This document shows positions 50,360-62,310 of a stretch of DNA of 64,000 nt, in pieces. The notes under the pieces were generated by a model, which saw nothing but the letters and a program-made list of their open reading frames with translations, was not told the DNA's origin and did no database searches. Location of the stretch: the NCBI GenBank assembly GCA_964188305.1, contig OZ076887.1, one strand, 5' to 3'. This stretch comes from Podarcis bocagei (lineage: Eukaryota). A program made the translations under genes and the position numbers. Positions within the stretch are counted from its first letter, which is position 1. Every line of letters starts with the position of its first letter.

Positions 50360-51522
50360 CAGTGGTGCCCCGCAAGACGAAATTAATTCGTTCCGCAAGT
50401 TTTGTCGTCTAGCGAATTTTTCGTCTTGCGAATCACGAAATCCCATAGGAATGCATTGAAAATCAATTAATGCGTTCCTATGGTCAAAAAAAGTCCAAAC
50501 AAAGCCAAATTTGGTACAACAACAGTTTATTAACTGCTCTTTAAAGTCACACATACTGTAAAGAGCAGTTCAAAAATTGAAGGGAAAATAAATTAACTTT
50601 ATAAACATGACAGAAAAACATTTAAAAATCAACAAAGTGTACAGTACATTTTCTAAGACTCTGGGGGACCACTCGAAGAAGGCTCCTCTTCCACTCTTTG
50701 CTTCTTGCTGAAGAACCCCCTCCTCAACTGTTCCCCCAGCCACCCACCACACAGAAATTCAAATCCAGATTTTTTTTAAAAAAAGAGCAGAGTGGCCCAA
50801 TGGTCACAGAAAATCATAAAAATGCAGAAAAAAACACACAAGCTTCCAGATTCTTGCAAACCCCTCCTCAACTGTTCCCCCAGCCACCCAGCACACAGAA
50901 ATTCAAATCCAGATTTTTTTTAAAAAAAGAGCAGAGTGGCCCAATGGTCACAGAAAATCATAAAAATGCAGAAAAAAACACACAAGCTTCCAGATTCTTG
51001 CAAACCCCTGCCCAACTGTTCCCCCAGCCACCCAGCACACAGAAATTCAAATCCAGATTTTTTTTTGAAAAAACAGCAGAGTGCCCCAATGGTCACAAAA
51101 AATCATAAAAATGCAGAAAAAAACACACAAGCTTCCAGATTCTTGCAAACCCCTCCCCAACACCAAGTCCTTGAATTCCAAACACCCCAACCCAAAATCC
51201 AAAACCCCCCAAAAAAGTTTTAAAAACTTAACTTACCAAATGGCTGCAAAAGAAGTTCTGGAAAAGCTTCAAAAATCACCAAAGTCTTTAAAAACCTCAA
51301 AAAAGGCTACTATGTACACTGCGTTCTATGAGTTGCTCCTCGAAGTCAAGTCGCAACTGTATTAAAGGTGTTAAGAAAAAGGAAACAAACTTGCAAGACG
51401 TTTTCGTCTTGCAAAGCAAGCCCATAGGGAAATTCGTCTTGCGAGGCAACTCGAAAACGGAAAAACCTTTCGTCTAGCGAGTTTTTTGTCTTGCGAGGCA
51501 TTCGTCTTGCGGGGCACCACTG
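50360..51522. mobile_element. 1.16-kb Tigger/pogo-like non-autonomous element (same TIRs as MITEs A/B)
   Basis: TA-CAGTGGTGCCCCGCAAGACGAA ... TTCGTCTTGCGGGGCACCACTG-TA. Confidence 0.9.
50717..51158. repeat. ~144-bp tandem repeat, 3 copies
   Basis: Units start at 50717, 50861 and 51005; nearly identical. Confidence 0.95.
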
Positions 51523-51662
51523 TACTGAAAATAGCAGCTTAATCTCTTTTCAACATCTAGTGCAGCAGCAACATCTAGTGCAGCAGAGACCAGCAAGTTA
51601 CGGTAACTAAGGTGGTGCAGGACAGGCCATGTGGCACATACAGGTAAATCCTCCACCACCAC

Positions 51663-51722
<60 letters not shown>

Positions 51723-51842
51723 TTATTATTTGTACCCCGCCCATCTGGCTGGGTTTCCCCAGCCACTCTGGGCGGCTTCCATAGAAACCAAAAAACACTA
51801 AAATATCATACATTAAAAACCTCCCTGAACAGGGCTGCCTTA
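51663..51842 (-). mobile_element. L2 3' end with (TTA)n tail
   Basis: Homologous to 11413-11560. Confidence 0.85.
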
Positions 51843-52370
51843 AGAATGCAAGAGCCCTGAAGGATCAGACAAAAGTCCCATCTAGTCCAGCATTCCATCC
51901 TCAAAATGGCCTACCAGATGCCTGCTCAAACAAATGCTGCAATGAAGCAGCAGCAGATTGTATCATGTAAGTAGAGCTGTCCATGCACATTGGTAATGCC
52001 CACCGCATAGTACGGCCTAGGCTGGCCGCCTGCCTGCTTGGTTAATCAGGACCTTTCACAATGGCACTGCTTCTGATGCATTGGGAGAAGGTAAGTGGGA
52101 ATCACCCCAGGACAGCAGCAACAAGCATTCTTAGGAGGATGGAAATAGCCTGGGGAAATAGCCAGGGGGCTGCCACTCCACAGCAACTTAGTTGTGAGAA
52201 GAAAACTAAGAGCACAAGGAGCCTGGGCTTGGACGTAACACTACACCAAAAAGTGACTTAGCTCCCAGCAATATAGCAGAAATGCAGGAGCAGCAAAGTG
52301 CCCACAGTTCCAGTGGCATGCACCAGCATGCTGCACTGTCACCTTTAAATTGTCATTAACTATGGTTTAA

Positions 52371-52656
52371 AGAAGAGGAGGAGGAGGAGGAGGAGGAGGA
52401 GGAGGAGGAGGAAGAGGGGTTTGGATTTGATATCCCGCTTTATCACTACCTGAAGGAGTCTCAAAGCGGCTAACATTCTCCTTTCCCTTCCTCCCCCACA
52501 ACAAACACTCTGTGAGCTGAGTGGGGCTGAGAGACTTCAAAGAAGTGTGACTGGCCCAAGGTCACCCAGCAACTGCATGTGGAGGAGCAGAGATGCGAAC
52601 CCGGTTCACCAGATCACGAGTCTACTGCTCTTAACCACTATACCACACCAGCTCTC
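52371..52656 (-). mobile_element. Squam3-like SINE with (CCT)n tail
   Basis: Close homolog of 3435-3754. Confidence 0.88.
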
Positions 52657-52734
52657 GAAAACAGGAATGAGGAACATGTAGCCATTCAGATGCTGCTGGG
52701 TGACATTCCCCATAGGCTCCTGACCATGGGGCAT

Positions 52735-52850
52735 GCTGGCTGGCAGGAAGCTCCTGCAGCCAATTGGAAGCCGCACCTTGGTTTTTGAACGTTTTCAGAA
52801 GTCAAATGGACTTCCAGAACAGATTCCGTTCGAGAACCAAGGTATGACTG
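52735..52850. mobile_element. Tigger-like MITE half
   Basis: gcaggaagctcctgcagccaat...gagaaccaaggtatgactg-TA, homologous to 16610-16719. Confidence 0.75.
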
Positions 52851-53601
52851 TACCGCTTCAGAAAATATTTTTTTTTCTGATTTAAAAGGGAACAAATATC
52901 ACTAAAAATAGCCTGCATGAGCAATATTTTACGAACCAAAGAAATACATTGCTTTGCAAAACAAATTCCACAGTTGTCATTTTGAGAATTTATTATGAAC
53001 TTAATATCACCTTGAAAATTAAAGACTTGGACAGATTCAACAAGCACTAGAAAAGTGCATACAAACCGCTGTCAAATGAATCATGTCATCAGCAATCAAT
53101 AAGTGAAAGGTGCTAGTTCAACAGAGCATAACAGAAACCTAAGTCATCTATTTGACAACTGGCCAGTTAGATAATACAGCTCCAGGATGACCTCTGTGGA
53201 AATTTAATTATCTTTGTCTCTGCAATTTCTGTTACAACAGATTCCTGAATCAACACCCCCAATCACAAATATACATTCTGAATTTTTTAAGTGACCCTTT
53301 ATTCTGTTATTCAAATAGTTGTTTGTTTGTTTGTTTGTTTGCTTGCTTGCTTGCTTGGAAGACATCAATCTGCAGTGCATGAAGCTTTTATCTTAAAGTC
53401 TATTTGCCTTTAAAATATAGCAATGGGTGCCCTTTTAAGAGCCAATTATAATTTCTGATTTGCTAAGAATGATGGACAAGTTTTAGTTATATTTCTAACT
53501 GGTCCTCCTTTAGAAAACTCAGAGCATTTACAACTGAACACAGATGCACACAGAGTGCTCAAGCTGCTGCAGAATTACATCCTCATTTTTTATCAGACAT
53601 A

Positions 53602-53827
53602 CAGTGGTACCTCAGGTTAAATACTTAATTCGTTCCGGAGGTCCGTACTTAACCTGAAACTGTTCTTAACCTGAAGCACCACTTTAGCTAATGGGGCCTC
53701 CTGCTGCTGCCGTGCCGCCGGAGCACGATTTCTGTTCTCATCCTGAAGCAAAGTTCTTAACCTGAAGCACTATTTCTGGGTTAGCGGAGTCTGTAACCTG
53801 AAGCATATGTAACCTGAGGTACTACTG
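53602..53827 (-). mobile_element. Tigger-like MITE (CAGTGGTACC family), inverted vs 35581
   Basis: TIRs, TA TSD. Confidence 0.92.
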
Positions 53828-54824
53828 TATATGCTTCTTAGAAACAAACAAGTTCTGTGAAGCTTCCGACAGAAGTGGCTATGCACATTGCTGAATGGTT
53901 GGGGACTTGCGTCACCACATCTCACTTTTCCCCTGAGCTGCTTTTCCATTAAAAAGGAGACAATGTTGTGTGTATGTGAGAGAGAGAGCACACAAAGCAC
54001 AAAAAATGGAAATGGGTAAACTCATTAACAGTGCTTCGGGCAGGGAGGGGAGTGAGCAACCCACCTAGAAGGGGATGAAGAAGCAAAGAGGAAGGGGATA
54101 TCAGAATTCATATGTACACAGTACATGTGTTATCTGAATGCAAATTTGGGGAGAACATGCATGAAAATGAAGCATTCCTGGTCCTCTTTGCAAGTATGCC
54201 TATATGGTCTGATGGTCTCCCTTCTAGACACTCAGCTTCTAAACGGCGATGTCTCCTGGGTTATTCAAACCCAGTTATTTATTTCATTCCTTTACTGGCC
54301 AAATTTTAGATTTATCTTACACTGAACACGAAGTTGCATATTTTTTAAAACTGAAAATACTGTCTATTGAATATTATTATCTAGCATATTATTACAAAAT
54401 AACTCCATGTTATACACTTCTCAGGCTTTTTGATAAGATTAATAAATTCTGTACATGTTCACTTTGAGAAGAAATGTTATGGCTGTGTAGACAGCAAGCT
54501 ATGTTGCACGTTAGCCCTAGACATTGTAAACTAGATGTTTAATGAAGAAATATATTTTAAATGTCAGCTGAAGACAAATAAAAATTATGATCTATGGCTA
54601 TGGCCACTTCCAAATTCCACTCAACATTAGAACTGAAGAGCAAATGAAGTGAGTTACATCACCCACTATAATGTTAACCAAGAATCTTTGTATTACTCTT
54701 AGCAAACAGTATATAAAAGTCAAGCCATTCAGCTGTAACATCCGAAGGCCACAAAGATGTGAATCAGTATCTACACTTGATCACTTCTTTTTAATGGGCA
54801 GGGAAATGGGCAAATGTCAGCTAG

Positions 54825-55200
54825 GCTTTTAAGCCCTAAATGGCCTCGGTCCAGTATATCTGAAGGAGCGTCTCCACCCCCATCATTCTACCCGGAAACT
54901 GAGGTCCAGCACCGAGGGCCTTCTGGCAGCTCCCTCACTACGAGAAGTGAAGTTACAGGGAACCAGGCAGAGGGCCTTCTCGGTAGTGGTGCCCACCCTG
55001 TGGAACGCCCTCCCTTCAGATGTCAAAGAGAACAACAACTACCAAGCTTTTAGAAGACATCTGAAGGCAGCCCTGTTTAGGGAAGCTTTTAATGTTTGGT
55101 GTATTACTGTATTTTAATATTTGGTTGGAAGCCACCCAGAGTGGCTAGGGAAGCCCAGCCAGATGGGCAAGGTATAAATAAATTATTATTATTATTATTA
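54825..55200 (+). mobile_element. L2 3' fragment
   Basis: Reverse complement of 11440-11795; (TTA)n tail. Confidence 0.85.
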
Positions 55201-56988
55201 GCCTCTTCACCAGCAGTCCAGCTCCCCCTTATATACTGTTATACTGCCATCCCCTCCACTTACACATGTTCAAGTCATTCACGACTGCACATATGCACTG
55301 CGTGCTGGAAGTGGGGGAAGATCCCTGGAGAGCCTCAACAAAGCCCTGTTGCACCTCCAGCTGACGAGGAGCCCGAAGAGGACATCTCCTTTGGACTCCA
55401 GGGAAGCTCTCCTTGCAAACTGGAGGAGCAGCAGGGCGTTCCCCATTTACACGCATTTCACTTCTGTGCGCAGGGAGCCAGAAAGTAAACGCTGCCTAAA
55501 TGGGGAGTTGCCTAAAGTGTGGCTCCTAAAAGCAGCACTATCAGACCACACCCCAACTGCTATAGTGAAGGAGAAAAGGTACCAGGAGTTTATCAATTAA
55601 TGAAGGTAGAAGGAGAATGCTTGGATTTATTCTAGATAGAAGTTCATATATTCCTATGTGTATAGGACCATATAGGGTTCAAGATAATAATCAACATCTG
55701 GTCTTAAGCCCAGAAACAATTTGGTAGCCAGTGCCACTTTACAGGAATTTCTAGAGAGTATTTTTAATATAAATTAATAGAATTTTTATATAAATATCCA
55801 TCATTTAAAGCACCAAACAAACAAAATTGAAAGCATCCACTGCTAACTCAGGTAATGGAATTTTCCTGAGCAATTTCCAATGCTTACCAAATGCTAGCTT
55901 AAATAACATCACAAGTGTAGGCAGCACAAAGCTAATAAACCACAATTTATTTACATCTAGCATGTTTGTAAGCTAACAGTTCAAAGTTCTATATGTGACT
56001 GAACTGTCAATCAGACAATTATGCAAAACAGCCTTTTCTTTACAACAAAGTGAATACAAATTAATGTTTTTCCCATAATGTTTATGTCACATTTTATGTG
56101 AATGCTTGCCCAAAAGACTGAGATCAGAAGTAATCAGTGTACAGGGTTTTGTAGTCAAAGCTCATCAAATTGCAAATTGATTTCCAACACCCGTTTTCAA
56201 CCTTACATTATATTGGCCTCATAACACAAAACAATGGTGTATTTTCAGTGGCAATTTTTCAGCTACAGAACAACTACTTTTCAACAGGCCCACAGTAATA
56301 GACATAGATACACATAGATAAATATTTTTAAATACTTTTATCAAATGAAATATAAAATTCCGTGTTTATAACAACATACCGGAGAAACCTGACTCTTTGA
56401 AGATGATTTTCAGGAAGCAACTACTTTTTTGAGAGTTGAACTATAAATGCCAATGGTAACTAAAGCCTAGTACAGGCATGCTAAGCAAGTTGGTTTGCAT
56501 AGCTTCATATTTTTTATACCTACATCGTTACTCTGACACCAAACATTCTGATTTTCAGATAAATTGTTGCAATGTGATTTGAGGCAAACCAAGTAATGGG
56601 CAAAATATTTTATTCTAAATCCATTTGATTATTTTTCCTTATCAACCTTCCTTCCCAAAAACTTAGCATCACATGTAAATGGGGTGGTATTGACTAACAC
56701 CCACTGCTTTCCCCAAATCCATTGCTGGTTGTTGCAATTAAAAGCTGAAGTGGAAAGAGGGTGGAAAGCATAAAGAGCAAGGGAATTGTTTTATTCAGTC
56801 TTGTATCTATGTGCTAATTAAAATATCATTTTAAAAAATGTCTTCTTTCATTGCAATGTTATGGTGGCGTTGTTTTAAGACTTCTTTTCTGGTTGCTGAA
56901 ACAAAAGGGTTGGACAACCAGAAGTGGACTAGGAGAGGTTCAATATATGCTTACACTGAAAGTGCAGAGCTAGGCATGTTTCTAAGTA

Positions 56989-57567
56989 CCGTATTTTTCG
57001 CCCTATAGGACGCACTTTTTCCCCTCCAAAAATGAAGGGAAAATGTGGGTGCGTCCTATGGGGTGAATGCAGGCTTTCACTGAAGCCTGGAGAGCGAGAG
57101 GGGTTGGTGCGCACCGACCCCTCTCGCTCTCCAGGCTTCAGGAGAGCCCCAGCGCCAGCCCCACAAGGTCGGGGGACAGAGGGAGGCGGAACGCCGCCAT
57201 CCCGCTGTCTCCCGAAGTGGTTTGGAGGCTGACGGCGGGGAGAAGAGCGCTTCTCCCTGCTGCCTGCCCCACCACTCCGGGGACGGCAGGAAGACGCAGC
57301 GCGTCTCCAGGCTCTCCCCGGACCTGATCTCAAGGCGGGCGGCGGGGAGAAGAGCGCTTCTCCCCGCTGCCTGCCCCACCACTCCGGGGACAGCAGGGAG
57401 ACGCAGCGCGTCTCCAGGCTCTCCCCGGACCTGATCTCAAGGCGGGCGGCGGGGAGAAGAGCGCTTCTCCCCGCTGCCTGCCCCACCACTCCGGGGACAG
57501 CAGGGAGACGCAGCGCGTCTCCAGGCTCTCCCCGGACCTGATCTCAAGGCGGGCGGCGGGGAGAAGA
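56989..57567. mobile_element. Truncated CCGTATT-type Tc1/mariner-pogo non-autonomous element with GC-rich tandem array
   Basis: TA-ccgtatttttcgccctataggacgcac left terminus; no right TIR found. Confidence 0.75.
57234..57567. repeat. 107-bp GC/CpG-rich tandem repeat, 3 copies plus partial
   Basis: Units start at 57234, 57341, 57448 and 57555; units 2 and 3 read identical. Confidence 0.95.
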
Positions 57568-58432
57568 TGCTTACTATTGCAATTAAGAATGCTTACTATT
57601 GCAATTAAGAATGAATGTCTACCGCTCTCTAATGAAAACATACTACCAGTTATTTTTACAATTAAAAACTAAATCCATACATGCATGGCTGAATATTAAA
57701 TAAACCTACTATCAGCACCCATATTTACATGAGCAATAAAGAGTGTGTACAGGCAGATATGATAATTATTAATTTATATGTGAAGGAAGGCAAAAAATAA
57801 AAAGAGAAGTGAAATAATTAATTAGCCTGCAGGAGAGTTGTTCCACATGGGCAAGCCTTGAAGCCCTTAATCTAACAAAAATAACTTACTAAGGGAATAA
57901 GGACACTAGAGAAGAACCTGGATATGTCTGCTGAAATATTGTTGAGCTAGCCAAATTTGTTGAGAAGCACAGATCAATTGCATAAGATAGTTGCACCCAA
58001 TACAGTTTTGTGTACACTCCGCCCCTGCAAATAATAGTGTCCCCAAGTTCATCTTACTAGTCCTCATAGGAATGGATGGCAACCATCCACTTATGTAGGA
58101 GATAATAGAGTGTGAAGCCTGGAACATCACTATGGAGTTGATTAGAATGTCCTTGGGTGATCCTAGTGGGTGGAATAAGAAGCATGTTTGAACCTCTTTC
58201 AACTCCCTTCCAGGTGACAGCCTCCTTAACTTTCTCCACACACTATCAGAGCACTGAAGAACTAAGTCAGCGCGTACTTGCACAGTCCTGTTTTCTGGGT
58301 TCTGTTTCTCAGATGCACTAGATCAAGGCTGAGGAACCTGTGGTCCTCCAAATGTTGTGGAACAGCAACTGCTATCAACCCTGGCTGAGTTGCTTACAGT
58401 GGCAACAATATTTGGTGGCCACAAGCCTGTAC

Positions 58433-58462
58433 ACTCTCTCTCTCTCTCTCTGAGTGAGTGAG

Positions 58463-58499
<37 letters not shown>
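58433..58499. repeat. (CT)n / (GT)n microsatellite
   Basis: Direct reading. Confidence 0.95.
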
Positions 58500-58501
<2 letters not shown>

Positions 58502-61500
58502 CATGCTTCCCACCGGCTCAAGCTACATCCATTGACTATTTGCCCCCCACCCCCATCTGCTAACACATATGGCCCTTGTAGGCAAAAAATATGACAAAAC
58601 ACTGGGAAGCAAATTTTTTATAGATCTGCAAAAACATTACATTAACAGGGACACTTACTAACTCCTGTGACGCTATAATTAATCTGAAGTGACAGCATTT
58701 CAACCTCTCCCAAAAGGTTCACATGCATTTTTTAAATAATTAATAATGATTTCAGCATTAAGTTAGCTCCAGATTCACCCCACGTTTAGATAGAAGAAAT
58801 AATTGCTTATACAATTAGAAAACTTCAAAACTGAGTACAAGTTGACCAGCATTTACCAGCTGAAAAGATATCAGGTAGACCATTTAGTTTACTCCCCATA
58901 GAGTAAATATCTTCAGCCAATGCCTCTTCATTTTATCTTCCCACATCTAATAAAAGAGGTTTGTAGCATTCCCTAGTAGCTGTCCACTGCTGAACAGCTC
59001 TTACCATTAAGGATATTGTAAATGAAATCTACCTTCCTGTAATTTAACATCATTGTTTATTGCCTATACTAAGGAACAGTATATAGTGAATAACTATTCT
59101 CTCCCATATTTCTGAAATCATCATAAAATATTTGAGAATTAATATTTAAAGATTTCCCATTTTAAAATTATTTCCTTACATTCCAAGTTGATATTTTAAC
59201 AGCCAAAAGCTGTATACATTACAATATTGCCTTGCTAGCACATTGTACCATTAAAAAATATTGCTCAAAAGAAATTACCAGCGAGCTTATTAGTGTATCC
59301 AAAGCAAGGAGACTTCTGTGCAGTTCTTAAAACATCAGCAATCTTCTACATGTTTCATTAAAAATTTAATTTAAGCAGCATTGGCTTATCAAGACATAAA
59401 ACAAGGGATTATCCACAGCAAATACTTAGGGTAATTCAATCAAAATGACTGCCAAGGAAATAAAACCTTTCATGGGAGCTCGCAAGCCATCTACTTGCAA
59501 TATCCAAACTGTTTGAATGGACAGCTATTAGCCAAAAAGCTACATCATCAAACATTTGACAATCTGCCAGGCACCGTTCCTTCACTGTGAGCTTAATTTG
59601 TCCTTCAGGAGTGAGCCAGTCTGGCTCTGACCTTCTCCTGTATTATCTGTGTTGTCTCCCTCCCAAATGCTTACCTGGCAATTCCAGGTGGAATACTAAG
59701 GGGATCAGGCAAAACACCGGCACTAAGCTTGACTGAGGTCTTGATTTCTACCATAAAAGTTATCTTCGACAAACAATTGAATTGACTGTCTTTTTTGTCA
59801 CGGACAAAATGCTAGTTCTGGTTCTTTGGATATTCTCCCATTTTAGCAGCAATACCTGTTGCAGATGGGAAATAGGTATTTTAATTTAAAGAAACAGCCA
59901 GTCTGCTTTCAGGACCACTGTTCTCCCAACATGTGGAATTGTGTAAATGCACATTGAAATATAGCCGAAGTAGCCAACATGGTGACCTTCAGATGTTTTG
60001 GACTACAGTTCCTGACCACTAGCTGATGGGAGTTGTAGTCCAACAACATCTGGTGGGCACCTCATTGGCCACCCCAACTTAGAGTTTATAAAATACTGTC
60101 TTTTCAAACATTTTACTTAGACCTGCAATAATACTGTGTCTAATTAATTTTCCATTAAACTGTGCCACTCTACAGATCAAACATTTCAGATCAAAATAAT
60201 TGACCATTTGTTTATTTAGGTACATAAGAACCGATAGACTGCCTTTCTAACACACGTGTATTACACCAATTAAAATCGACAGATAAAAATATCAACAATA
60301 CAAAAACAAAAACGACATATATCCATAACATATTAAAAGCAGATCAGCATTATCAAACAAACTTGACAAGGTCAAGCACATCAGATAAAACATAGTTTCC
60401 CATTAAAACCAGATCAGCATGACAAATGAAAAGCTGGCTGGAAAAGATAAAAATAAAAATTCTAAAGCTGGCAAAAGGCTGAATGAACCTCATGGGGCAA
60501 GGTTTTCCAGAACAGCTGCTGCAATGAATGAGGTGGTGCTGTTTCTTCTCCAAATCAACCTTACTTTCACCTTAGGTAGGTAGGAGGCAAGAAACTGGAT
60601 GTCAGGAAGAAGAGCACTAACCTCAGCATGCCGCCTTTCTATATACACAGGGTTTGTCTTTTGAAAAATGAGTTCTTTGTCGTAGAGAGATGTATTAATT
60701 CATATGATCACCCTCCAGTATTTCAGATCTACATGCAGCATCCATGGATACAGTGAAAGGGGGGCAGGAAGCGCAAGCCCAGGAACTGAATGCCTCCCTT
60801 CAGATCACTCTATCTGGCCCTTGGCACTCTTCCCCAGGCCAGACACTTACCAGCCCTGTCTCACATTCCTGGAGTGTTTTTGCCCTGCTAGAACGTGTCC
60901 TTGAACTTTGACAACTCCTCTTGTTATCCAGGATGGAGGATAGAGAACTGGGAGAGTACTGTACAAAAGTAAAATTTACATTTGTTGCCCCACCCATTAT
61001 TGCCTCTGTCTCTGCCCCTGGAAGATTGCCCAGGAGGAGATGAAGCCCTAAGGCTCAAAAAAGTTTTCCACCTCTGATGTGGTGGATGTAGCTCAAGTAC
61101 AGAGCCTCCTTCCCAAAGTCTAGCTAGTGCTTTCCCAGCTTTGGGGAGGAGGTAAAAGGGCCCTAGGACCCTGCCAGAGCTTTGCGCCTCCTTCCCAAAG
61201 CCAGGAGCCTCGCTTAACCAGATTTGTGAAGGCAGCACAAGGTGGAGAGGTGCCAACTTTTGTTTTTGCCTCCCCCCCCCCATCCCATGCCCACAACAAG
61301 GTATTGTGCAGCTCATGGGTTCCATGTCAATGTACTCTTGTGGCCATTGGGTATGAAAAGTTGGAGTGCCCTGTCATAGCAGATAAGACTTAAGGCCACT
61401 TCTGAAAACACCTCCAGGCAGACTGGCAGGGAACAGAAGATTTCCCTCATGAAAGGCATCATCCAAATATTGCAGTAAAAGAAATTCCCTATTTCCATCA

Positions 61501-62084
61501 AGCGAACAAAGACTCTTAAGGGCAAACCAAGCTGGATGTAATGAATCCCCAACTGCCCCTTCTTCCTTTGCAAAGTGCCTTCAGGAGAGAGTGATTTGTA
61601 TCAGAGAAAGAATAGGAGGGATTTCCCTCAAAACATTCCTCTGGTATCCACTCACATTTCCTCTGTACAGTTCCAGGCCTATGTTTGTAAGGTAAGCTAG
61701 AGTGCAGAATGCTAATGTGGGTCAAAGAAGATGGAGAGAAGATGTTTCAGAGGAAGAGAGGCTGGCAAGGTTTCTATCCAGGAGTACATTGCAAGGGAGA
61801 ATGGGCCACCAGGGTTTTATGAGGTATGCCCCAGCTTGAACTTGACGCAAGTCTTGTGGAGGGAATACCAGTTACAGACCAATGTGTACTGTACACAGAT
61901 GACCAAGACTGCAGAACCATGCAAAGGATGAGGCTTTAGCCACTGCAAAAGGGATCCACTTAGCCAAGGCAAGGCAACTGTCAGCCACCCCCACTTCCAA
62001 TCAAGGGAACAGCTCCATAACAAACCTAGGTCAGAAAGGTCTGAGTACTGCAAGGAGACACAAGACTGATTCTGAAAACAATTA

Positions 62085-62310
62085 CAGTGGTACCTCGGGT
62101 TAAGTACTTAATTTGTTCCGGAGGTCCGTTCTTAACCTGAAACTGTTCTTAACCTGAAGCACCACTTTAGCTAATGGGGCCTCCTGCTGCTGCCGTGCCG
62201 CCGGAGCCTGATTTCTGTACTTATCCTGAAGCAAAGTTCTAAACCTGAAGCACTATTTCTGGGTTGGCGGAGTGTGTAACCTGAAGCGTATGTAACCCGA
62301 GGTACCACTG
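62085..62310 (-). mobile_element. Tigger-like MITE (CAGTGGTACC family)
   Basis: TIRs, TA TSD; same orientation as 53602. Confidence 0.92.

Noticed and set aside
50717-51158. CRISPR-like array or repeat protein (ORF 50698-51108)
   Set aside because: Head-to-tail repeats without unique spacers inside a eukaryotic transposon; the ORF is open because 144 is divisible by 3.
56989-57567. GC-rich patch as SMYD3 promoter or exon 1; ORFs 56929-57641
   Set aside because: No SMYD3 N-terminal peptide in the listed frames; the patch starts with a transposon terminus and the ORFs come from tandem repeats.
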